A stretch of 64,000 nucleotides of DNA from an uncultured bacterium (GTDB lineage: Bacteria > Auribacterota > Erginobacteria > Erginobacterales > CAZKCI01): positions 35,488-99,487 of the forward strand of contig CAZOYW010000002.1 of NCBI GenBank assembly GCA_964584165.1, in the 5' to 3' direction. The notes under the pieces were generated by a model, which worked only from the letters and a program-made list of their open reading frames with translations, was not told the origin of the DNA and made no database searches. Of the stretch, positions 9,487 to 17,450 are shown one piece after another (the stretch's first letter is position 1; every line of letters starts with the position of its first letter). The translations under genes were made by a program, and so were the position numbers.

Positions 9487-10814
9487 AACGGAGGATGGGG
9501 GATAGAGGGCGGAGGATGAAGAGCCGCTTCGGGCGCGGCGGCGGAGAACTCGAAGGATTTGACGATGATGCCGAGATGGAGGCCCAAGAGCCAGTTGATC
9601 ATGGGGAAGTAGAAGGGGTTCTCGCCCACGCCGATCCCCAGCGCGGCCCAGAAGGCGGAGAGGGACCCCAGCGCCATCGCCTGGGATAGTCCGGGAGCGG
9701 TCCCGCGGAAAGCCTGGATCCCCGTCCCGGTGACGATCGCGATCACGGTGATGAAGATCGCCGCCTGGAGGAGGCCGCCTTCGGCCAGGATCTGCAGGTA
9801 AAGGTTTTCCAGGGCGGAGTGGGCCGTGATCGCCCATTCCTCGGACTCGGGGGCGAGGGCCTGGAAGGCGCCGGGTCCCTTGCCCAGGAAGGGGCTGGAT
9901 TGGAACATCTTCCAGGCCATGCGGATCTTCACCTGGCGGTAGACCACGCCGGGGTCGGTCCGATCCTCGAATACCCGCTTCTTGACCGTGGGGAGGAGGA
10001 GGGAGAGGGCGAGGAGGGGGACGAGCAGGGCGAGGTAGCGGTAACGGCGCTTGATCGCCCCGATCCCGAAGAGGCCCACGATCGCCCCCAGCCAGGAGCT
10101 GCGGGAGAGGGTGAGGAGGATCGAGACGAGCATGGCCAGGGCGGAGCCCCCGAAGAAGACGCGGGCCCGGGTGGAGACGGGTGCGTAGAAGGCGAGGGCG
10201 ATCGCGAGCGGGAAGATCAGGGCCAGGAAATTGCCCAGGGAGTTGGGGTTGTCGAGGACCAGGGCCCCGACCCGCTCCCCGACGGTGGGGGTGAAGAAGG
10301 AGATGGAGGCGTTGGCGGCGCCGCAGGCGATCAGGAAGGCGGCCGTGGAGAGGAGCTGGCGCTCGTTCTCGATCGCCAGGCGGGAGAGGAGGTAGGAGCC
10401 GATCAGCATCAGGGCGTAGAGGATCCACTTGATCGAAAGGGCGGCGCTGGGGGAGACGAAGGTGGAGATGAGGAAGGAGAGGAGGAAAAGGGCCAATACC
10501 CGGTCCAGGGGGAGGATCGGGAATTTTTTCCGCCGGACGATCCAGCGCCCGGCCAGGAGGAGGAGGGCGACCAGGATGACCCACTGGTGGAGCCAGAGGC
10601 GGAGGAAGGGGAACCAGTAGCGGGGATCGTGGAAGGAGACCGCGGCGATGGCGAGGTAGATGGCGCTCTGGGGCTGGACGACCAGGATGATCGAGGCGGC
10701 CGCGATCGCCGTGAAGGCGAGGAGGCGCGCCGGCTTGAGCTGGAGGCTGACCAGCGTCTGGGAGATAAAGACGGCGGCGAGGAGGAAGACGATGACGACG
10801 AGGGCCGTTCTCAT
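9483..10814 (-). CDS. O-antigen ligase/polymerase family protein (Wzy_C)
   Basis: Polytopic membrane protein with a LTLSRSSWLGAIVGL Wzy_C loop motif. Start MRTALVVIVFLL at 10814. Confidence 0.7.
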   Translation of the reverse strand: MRTALVVIVFLLAAVFISQTLVSLQLKPARLLAFTAIAAASIILVVQPQSAIYLAIAAVSFHDPRYWFPFLRLWLHQWVILVALLLLAGRWIVRRKKFPILPLDRVLALFLLSFLISTFVSPSAALSIKWILYALMLIGSYLLSRLAIENERQLLSTAAFLIACGAANASISFFTPTVGERVGALVLDNPNSLGNFLALIFPLAIALAFYAPVSTRARVFFGGSALAMLVSILLTLSRSSWLGAIVGLFGIGAIKRRYRYLALLVPLLALSLLLPTVKKRVFEDRTDPGVVYRQVKIRMAWKMFQSSPFLGKGPGAFQALAPESEEWAITAHSALENLYLQILAEGGLLQAAIFITVIAIVTGTGIQAFRGTAPGLSQAMALGSLSAFWAALGIGVGENPFYFPMINWLLGLHLGIIVKSFEFSAAAPEAALHPPPSIPHPPL

Positions 10815-13138
10815 CGCCGGATCCTTCCCTGCAGGGCGAGGAAGAGGGAGTTCTCCGGATCCCGCCGCAGGGCCTCCGCGAGCTCCGCCTCCGCCCGCTC
10901 CGGATCGTTCTCCCGGAGGAAGATCTCCGCCCGGGCGTAGGGCGGGTAGCCCCAATCCGGTTGGCGCCGGGCGAGCGATCCCCAGAAGGCCAGGGCGGCC
11001 TCCGGGCCGCGCCGGGAGAGGAGGAGGCTCCCGGCGGCGCGGGCCGGCCCGAGAGAGGTGTGGGAGATGCCCGCCGCGGTCAGGTAGCAGGCCAGCGCCG
11101 CCTCCTCCTCGCCTCGGCGGAGCTCGAGGGCGCCGAGCTCCGCCCAGACCGGGGGATTGAGGGGGGAGAGGGCGAGGGAACGGCGGTAGGCGTCGCGCGC
11201 CTCCGCGAGGTCCCCGGCGGCCGCCGCGGTCCGCCCGACCGCGAGCCAACCGGCGGCGGAGGGCTCGCTCCCGGCCGCCCGCCGCGCCTCCTCCCGGGCC
11301 GCCCCCGTCCGGCCCCGGGCGAGGAGGGCGTAGGCCAGGTCGCGGCGGAAGCGGGCGCCCTCCGGGGGGAGATCCCGGAGAAGGGAGGGATCGTCGACGC
11401 GGGCGACGAGGAGGGAAAGGGCGCCCGGCCAGGCCGGGGGATAGATCGAAGCCGCCTCGCGGAGGACCCCGACGGCGGAACGGGCCTCCCCCCGGGCGAT
11501 CAGCGCTCGGGCGAGCTCCCGGGAGAAGAAGGGGTTGGAGGGATCGAGCGCGAGGCCCCGCCGAAGGGCCGCCTCGGCCCCCGCCCCGTCGCCGAGGCGG
11601 GAAAGAAAGGCGGCCCGGGTCCACTCGGTGCGGGCGTCCCGGGGGTTGGCGGCCCGGGCTCGGTCGAGGAGGGACTCGATCCGCGCGTATGACTCCGTTC
11701 GCTCTCCCGCCCGGCCGAAGAGCGCGATCTCGGAGCGGGCGAGGCCGTAGAGGGCGGAGTAGTCCAGGGGGTCGAGGTCGTGGGCGCGGGCGAAATAGGA
11801 GACGGCGGGGGAGGCCTTCCCCCGTTGCAGGAGGAGGAACCCCCGCGCGGCCGCCCGCCGGGAGAGGAAGGAGCGCGAGGCGGGGAGGATCAGGAAGAAG
11901 ACCGCGGCCGCAGCGGCGGCGAGGCGGGCCGCCCTCCGCCACCCCCTATTCCCTATCCTGCATCCCCCAGAGGACGAGAGCGCCATCCCCCCGAGGGCGG
12001 CGAGCAGGTAGGAGATCGCCGGCACGCGAAAGACGAACTCGACGCTGGCGTGGACAACGGCATAGATGAAGGATAAGGCCGCGGAGCGGGCGAAGAGCGA
12101 ACCGGCCTTCCCCTCCGCCGCCGCCCGGATAAGTCCGCGGAAGAGAAGGACGAGGGCGAGGGCGATCAGGGCGAAGCCGGCGATCCCCCCCTCCGCCGCG
12201 ATCTGAAGCCACTCGTTGTGGGCGTGGAAGACCGTATACCAGACGCCCGCCTCCTTGAAGCGGGGATAGAGGAAGGGGAACGATCCCCAGCCCCAGCCGA
12301 AGAGGGGACGGTCCAGGAAGATGGAGGCGGTCGACTTCAGGAGAGAGATCCGGGTCGAGACGGAGATCTCGGTGGAGGATGGGGGATCGGGGGTAGGGGA
12401 TGGGGGATGGAGCGGGAGGGGAAAGCCCGCGGTGAGGGCGAGCGCTCCCGCGAGGAGGACGGCGGCGATCGCGCCGGTCAGGGCCACCGGCCAGAGCGGC
12501 CAGCGGCGCCGGCGCCGCTCGGAGCCCCAGAGGCAGAGGAGGGTGAAGAGCAGGGCGGCGAGACCGCCCCGCGAGCGGGTCAGGACCATCCCTCCGGCGA
12601 GGACGGCGGAGAGGAGGAGCCGGAAGAGGCGCTCCAGCCTCCGCGTCCCGGACAGGGCGGGAACGAGGGCGAGGGGGAGGACGACCCCGAGGAAGGCGCA
12701 GAAGTGGTTGCGGTTGACGAAGGTCGAACGGAGCGGCCCCGGCGCGCCCCCCAGGAGTCCGCGGGCGATCAGGGCGGCGGCCCAGACGGCGAGGACGAGG
12801 GCGGCCGCGGAGAGGGCGCGGGGGGAGGGGGGGAGGAGGAGAAAGGCGGCGAGGAGGAGGGCGGCGGCGGCGATTTCCCGTCCGCCCAGGCGGCCGAGGG
12901 CCGTGGCCTCCGCCGCGGCGGCTCCGACCAGGGCGGCGAGGAGGAGCGCGGCGGGGACGAGGAGGGCGGCGCCGCTGCCGCCGGCGTCCCGGGAAGCCGC
13001 GGCGAGGACGGCCGCCAGGGCGAAGACGGTGGCGGAGGAGGCCGTCGCGAAGAGGCGGGTATCCTCCGCCGTCCCCCCCGCCCGCCAGGAGAGGAAGACG
13101 ACCAGAGCGAGGGCGAGGGCGAGGGGGATCGATTTCAT
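10811..13138 (-). CDS. O-antigen ligase-like (Wzy_C) membrane domain fused to a C-terminal TPR-repeat domain
   Basis: N-terminal half is TM-rich with LTRSRGGLAALLF. The C-terminal ~350 aa are Ala/Arg-rich TPR-like repeats. The signal/TM start MKSIPLALALALVV is at 13138. Confidence 0.65.
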   Translation of the reverse strand: MKSIPLALALALVVFLSWRAGGTAEDTRLFATASSATVFALAAVLAAASRDAGGSGAALLVPAALLLAALVGAAAAEATALGRLGGREIAAAALLLAAFLLLPPSPRALSAAALVLAVWAAALIARGLLGGAPGPLRSTFVNRNHFCAFLGVVLPLALVPALSGTRRLERLFRLLLSAVLAGGMVLTRSRGGLAALLFTLLCLWGSERRRRRWPLWPVALTGAIAAVLLAGALALTAGFPLPLHPPSPTPDPPSSTEISVSTRISLLKSTASIFLDRPLFGWGWGSFPFLYPRFKEAGVWYTVFHAHNEWLQIAAEGGIAGFALIALALVLLFRGLIRAAAEGKAGSLFARSAALSFIYAVVHASVEFVFRVPAISYLLAALGGMALSSSGGCRIGNRGWRRAARLAAAAAAVFFLILPASRSFLSRRAAARGFLLLQRGKASPAVSYFARAHDLDPLDYSALYGLARSEIALFGRAGERTESYARIESLLDRARAANPRDARTEWTRAAFLSRLGDGAGAEAALRRGLALDPSNPFFSRELARALIARGEARSAVGVLREAASIYPPAWPGALSLLVARVDDPSLLRDLPPEGARFRRDLAYALLARGRTGAAREEARRAAGSEPSAAGWLAVGRTAAAAGDLAEARDAYRRSLALSPLNPPVWAELGALELRRGEEEAALACYLTAAGISHTSLGPARAAGSLLLSRRGPEAALAFWGSLARRQPDWGYPPYARAEIFLRENDPERAEAELAEALRRDPENSLFLALQGRIRR

Positions 13139-13314
13139 ATCTCAATGCTCATATATCATTGAGCAGCGGGCAGAGAGGATTGTATGTGCAGCCGGGTTGC
13201 CGATTCGGGGGAGAAATCGGGGATGAATTCAAACCGCCGCGCCGGCGTTCGAGCAAGCGACAACGATCCTACAAGCGAAGCGATCCTACAAGCGGCGCGA
13301 TCCGCCGCGGCTTT

Positions 13315-15201
13315 TCATCGGTACCCGTACCCGTATCTGTAGACGCTGTGGTAGTAGTAGTAGTAGCTCCGCATCTTAAGCTCGATGTAGTTCAGGACTA
13401 CGCCGTAGAGCTTCGCCCCGCTCTTCTCCAACTGCTGCTTGGTGCGCAGGATGAAGCGCTTGTCGATGTGCCCGGCGAAGCAGACCAGGATCACCCCGTC
13501 CACGAGGGCGGCGAGGATGAGGGCGTCGGCCAGGGCCCCGGCGGGGGGGGAGTCGAAGATGACCCGGTCGAAGCGGGACTTGAGAAGGGGGACCAGCTCG
13601 CGGAGCCGGGGCGACTCCAGGAGCTCCGCCGGGTTGGCGGGGATCGATCCGGCCGGGATGACGGAGAGGTTGGGGATGGCGGTCGGGTGGATGATCTCGT
13701 CCAGGCCGGCCTTGCCCTGGAGGTAGGCGGCGATCCCGGTCGTCCCGCTCAGGCCGAAGAACCGGTCCACCGCCGGCCGGCGCATGTCGGTGTCGACCAG
13801 GACCGTGCGGGCCCCGGCGTGGGCGGTGGTGATGGCGAGGTTGGTCGAGACCGTGGTCTTCCCTTCGCGGGGGCTGGAGCTGGTGACGAGGAGCGCGAGC
13901 GTGGTGGCCTCGAAGTCGCTGAACCGGATCGAGGTCCTTAAGCGCTTGAACATCTCCGTCTCGTGGCTGCGCGGGCTGCGCTCCGAGATCAGACAGAGGA
14001 ACTGGTTGGCGTCCTCCTCGCTCATCCCCGGGGTCTTGGCCATCCGGGGGATGGAGGCGAGGACGGGGAGGTTGAGGAAGCTCTCCACCTCCTCCGGCGT
14101 CTGGAGGGTGGGGTCGAGGAACTCGGTGACGAAGATCGCCCCCAGACCGAGGAGGAGCCCCAGGAGCGCCCCCAGGAGGAGGTTCCGCTTCTTCTGGGGG
14201 GCGACCGGCGCGGGCGGCCGGTCGGCCTTCTCGATGATCGCGATGTCGCTCTCGATCCCTTCCCGGGAGAGGTCGAGCTCGGCCAGCTTCTTCAGGAGGA
14301 CGTTGTAAAGCTCCTCATTGACTTGGGTCTCCTTCTGGAGGATGTCGTATTCGATCGCCTTCTTGCGCGCCCGGTTCAGCCGCGCCTCCTCGGAGGCGAT
14401 GGTCGCGCGGAGGACCTCGATCTGCTGGTCCGCCTCCTTCACCTGGGGGTGGCCCTCCAGGTACTTGATCAGGAGGTCGCCGCGCTCAATGTTGAGCTGG
14501 ACCAGGCGGGTGTAGAGGGTGGAGAGGAGCGAGACCTCCGGCCGCTCGCTGTCGCTCGCCCCCTCGACCGGGAGGTGGCCGTCGGCCTCGGGCACGCCTT
14601 CCTTGTTGATGTAGTCGATCAGCCCCAGCTGGGACTTGGCGATCTGGCTTTTCAGCTCCGCGATCTGGGAGGTGAGGAGGGTGAGGGACTTCTGGGCCGA
14701 GGCCCGCTTCTCGCCGACCGAGAGGTCGATGTAAACCTCGGCGGCGGTGTCGGCGATCTTCTGGGCCAGGTCGGGTTCGGAGAAACGGACCCGGAGGAGG
14801 TAGATCCGGGTGTCCTGCTCCTTGTCCACGGAGATCGCGGCCTGGACGCGCCGGGTCCACCCCCTCCGACCCTCCGGGGAGCCGGCCGGGGCGAGGCCGA
14901 GCTTGTCCACCACCCCCTCCGCCACCGCCTTGGACTTGATGATGTGCTTCTCGGTCTCGAAGGTCATCGAGTCGTAGTAGGGGCTGAGCCAGTAGTAGGG
15001 CGAGCCGGGGGAGGCCAGCGCCGAGGAGACCCCCTGCTTGTAGCGGATCTTGCAGACCGCCTCGAAGACCGGGCGCTGGCGGATGGTGGCGATCGCGGTC
15101 AGCCCCTCCACCAGGACGAAGATCGCGATCAGGATCCAGATCTTCCGGCGGACGACCAGGAGATAATCGAAGATCGGCCAGGATTGAATGGGATTGCGCA
15201 T
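13315..15201 (-). CDS. wzc: Polysaccharide co-polymerase / tyrosine autokinase (Wzc/GumC/EpsG-like, PCP-2a)
   Basis: N-terminal TM plus Wzz region, a long coiled coil, a Walker-A P-loop (SSSPREGKTTVSTNLA), DTDMRRP, and a Tyr-rich tail YYYYYHSVYRYGYGYR. Confidence 0.85.
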   Translation of the reverse strand: MRNPIQSWPIFDYLLVVRRKIWILIAIFVLVEGLTAIATIRQRPVFEAVCKIRYKQGVSSALASPGSPYYWLSPYYDSMTFETEKHIIKSKAVAEGVVDKLGLAPAGSPEGRRGWTRRVQAAISVDKEQDTRIYLLRVRFSEPDLAQKIADTAAEVYIDLSVGEKRASAQKSLTLLTSQIAELKSQIAKSQLGLIDYINKEGVPEADGHLPVEGASDSERPEVSLLSTLYTRLVQLNIERGDLLIKYLEGHPQVKEADQQIEVLRATIASEEARLNRARKKAIEYDILQKETQVNEELYNVLLKKLAELDLSREGIESDIAIIEKADRPPAPVAPQKKRNLLLGALLGLLLGLGAIFVTEFLDPTLQTPEEVESFLNLPVLASIPRMAKTPGMSEEDANQFLCLISERSPRSHETEMFKRLRTSIRFSDFEATTLALLVTSSSPREGKTTVSTNLAITTAHAGARTVLVDTDMRRPAVDRFFGLSGTTGIAAYLQGKAGLDEIIHPTAIPNLSVIPAGSIPANPAELLESPRLRELVPLLKSRFDRVIFDSPPAGALADALILAALVDGVILVCFAGHIDKRFILRTKQQLEKSGAKLYGVVLNYIELKMRSYYYYYHSVYRYGYGYR

Positions 15202-15274
15202 GGTGCGTTTAACGGTTCAGTTCCTCATCTGGAACAGCACACTAGCCCCGAGCGTCCCTCAGGGACGATCGGGG

Positions 15275-16264
15275 CTAGAAGAAGAGCGACTCGGGCACGA
15301 TGATCAGGTCGCCCGGGGAAAGGATGAGGTTCTTGTCCTTCTGCCCCTCCAGGATGTCCTCCAGGCTGAGGGGGATCTCCTGCTTCTGCTCTCCCGTCCC
15401 CCGGACCAGCCGCGCCCGGTTGCCGGCGGCATACTGGTTGAGGCCGCCGGCGGCCATCAGGGCGTCGAGCGCGGTCAGGTTCTCCCGCCAGGGGAAGGTG
15501 CCCGGTCCGTTCACCGCCCCGACTACGTAGATGCGGTCCTGGCCGAGGAGGGTCCCCTGGGAGTCCGGCGAGGAGACGGTCACGATGTCGCCGTCCTCGA
15601 GCAGGATGTTCTCGTCGGCCGCTCCGTCCAGGAGGCCCTGGAGGCTCGCCGTGATCCGCTCCTGCTTCCCGTCGGGGGAGGCCCGGAGGATGGTGATCGT
15701 GGACTCCCCCCAGATCTTGGGCCCTCCCGCCTGGAGGAGGTTCTGGAGCAGGGTGCGGTTTTCCCCCAGACGGCTGGATCCGGGCAGCGAGATGTTGCCG
15801 AGGAAATAGACCGCCCGGGACCCGTACTTCTCCACCGACGTTTCCACCCGGGGCTGGCGGATGTACTGGCGGGCGAGGAGGGAGCGGAGCCGCTCGGCGA
15901 TCTCCTCCACCGTGAGACCCTGGACCTCCACCTCCCCGACCCACGACCAGGCGATCGTCCCGTTCCGGGCGATCCGGAAGGTCCCCGAGAGGTCGGCCTC
16001 TCCGTAGACCGCGATCTTGAGGATGTCCCCCGCGCCCAGGCGGTAGAGATCGTCCCCTTTCGCCTCGGCGGGGAGGGCCCCGGCGGCCGGACCCGGCGCC
16101 TCCGGCGACGGGCCGGGCCGCGGCCGGGCGGTCGGCGAGGGAGCGGGCGCGGCCGTAAGGGAGGCGGCGGGGAGGGGGTCGGGATCGGACGCGGTCCGGC
16201 AGCCGGCCGCCCCGGCGAGGAGGAGGGCGGAGATGAAAACGATCTTGGCTCTCGTTTGCGTCAC
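15275..16264 (-). CDS. wza: Polysaccharide export outer-membrane lipoprotein (Wza-like, Poly_export + SLBB)
   Basis: Lipobox LLAGAAGC, then YRLGAGDILKIAVYGEADLSGTFRIARNG (Poly_export) and SLBB-like repeats. GTG start. Confidence 0.8.
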   Translation of the reverse strand: MTQTRAKIVFISALLLAGAAGCRTASDPDPLPAASLTAAPAPSPTARPRPGPSPEAPGPAAGALPAEAKGDDLYRLGAGDILKIAVYGEADLSGTFRIARNGTIAWSWVGEVEVQGLTVEEIAERLRSLLARQYIRQPRVETSVEKYGSRAVYFLGNISLPGSSRLGENRTLLQNLLQAGGPKIWGESTITILRASPDGKQERITASLQGLLDGAADENILLEDGDIVTVSSPDSQGTLLGQDRIYVVGAVNGPGTFPWRENLTALDALMAAGGLNQYAAGNRARLVRGTGEQKQEIPLSLEDILEGQKDKNLILSPGDLIIVPESLFF

Positions 16265-16291
16265 GATGTCTGGACTACAACGGTCAAAGGA

Positions 16292-17422
16292 TCAGTAGCT
16301 ATACGTGATCGAGGCGAAGAAACGGTTGGAGACGGCGTCCCCTTCTTCTTCCGGGCGGTCGAGGGTCTGGGTGCGCGAGCCACCGATCCGGAAGGTGAAC
16401 TCCTCGCTGATCAGGTAGCGCAGGTCGATCCGGGAGTGGATTATCTTCTCCGTGTCGCCCGCGTAGAGGTAACGGCTGTAGCGGAAGAGGCCACCGAGGA
16501 TCCAGCGGTGGTAGGGGCTGTAGTCGAGGCGGACGTCCAGGTATTCGTCGGTGAAGGGCTCTCCGGTGACGTCGGTCAGGCGGTCGCGGGTATAGACGAC
16601 CTTGGCCCGGATCTTCTCCGAGGGGAGATAGGAGCCCGCCGACCGGAATACCCAGCCGCGGTGCCTCAAGTCCCCCTCGTCATCGTGCTCGAAGGAGTAG
16701 CCGACGTCGCCTTCCAGGACGAACTTGGAGTTGGGCTCGGCCCGGAGCCCGACCATGGGGATGAAGGAGCGGTAGCGGGGGATCTCGTCGTAATCGTAGA
16801 TGGTGTAGGCGTTGGACTGCTTGAAGGTAAGACCGCGGAGGATCCCCAGCTCCCAGAGGCTGTCGAACTTGTGGCCGAAGTAGTCCTCGCCCACCCGGGG
16901 GGTGCTGGTGTAGTCGACCCGGGAGAAGTAGTAGCCCAGGGAGAGGGTGTTGCGGCGGGAAAAGGACTTCTGCCAGCGCGGAGAGATATAGGCGGTATTC
17001 TTCTGGGTGAAGTTATAGGGGGTGTCCACCGGCATGCCGAGGTTGATCGGGACCAGCTCGTAGAGATCGCCGAAGGAGATCCGAACGTTGCGGATCAGCT
17101 CGGCCTGGTCGCTGACGTCCAGCCGGGCCTGGTGGTAGTCCCGGCTCAGGTCGGTCCGGTCGCGGTAGTCGTAGCGGATGTAGGTGTAGTCGGCCTTGAT
17201 GTCGATGATCCGGGTGGGGATGATCACGCCCATCCCCGGCTCGAGCTGGGAGTAGTAGTCGGAGGTGCCGGAGTGGGGGCTGAAGTCGACGTTATCGTCG
17301 TGCCAGCCGGTGACGCGGCAGTGGGGGATGAGCTCGAAACGCTTGGCCTCCTCGGCTCCGGACCTCGGGGCCGCCGCCGACAGGACGGCCAGGGCGCAAG
17401 CGAGGATGGCGACGATTTTCAT
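16292..17422 (-). CDS. Outer-membrane beta-barrel protein, EPS-associated (EpsL-like?)
   Basis: Signal peptide, alternating amphipathic beta-strands, C-terminal ...ITYSY aromatic terminus. It sits between wza and a secreted repeat protein. Confidence 0.45.
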   Translation of the reverse strand: MKIVAILACALAVLSAAAPRSGAEEAKRFELIPHCRVTGWHDDNVDFSPHSGTSDYYSQLEPGMGVIIPTRIIDIKADYTYIRYDYRDRTDLSRDYHQARLDVSDQAELIRNVRISFGDLYELVPINLGMPVDTPYNFTQKNTAYISPRWQKSFSRRNTLSLGYYFSRVDYTSTPRVGEDYFGHKFDSLWELGILRGLTFKQSNAYTIYDYDEIPRYRSFIPMVGLRAEPNSKFVLEGDVGYSFEHDDEGDLRHRGWVFRSAGSYLPSEKIRAKVVYTRDRLTDVTGEPFTDEYLDVRLDYSPYHRWILGGLFRYSRYLYAGDTEKIIHSRIDLRYLISEEFTFRIGGSRTQTLDRPEEEGDAVSNRFFASITYSY

Positions 17423-17450
17423 CGGATCGTGGTCGGGGGAAAGCCGGGCG

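Noticed and set aside
4983-13138. Long N-terminal extensions of track ORFs for wzx (to 7103), the methyltransferase (to 9370), GT4 (to 10584) and Wzy (to 11942)
   Set aside because: The extensions are Pro/Arg-rich with no TM or domain content and overlap upstream genes. Internal Met codons with ATGA coupling or signal peptides give standard-length proteins.
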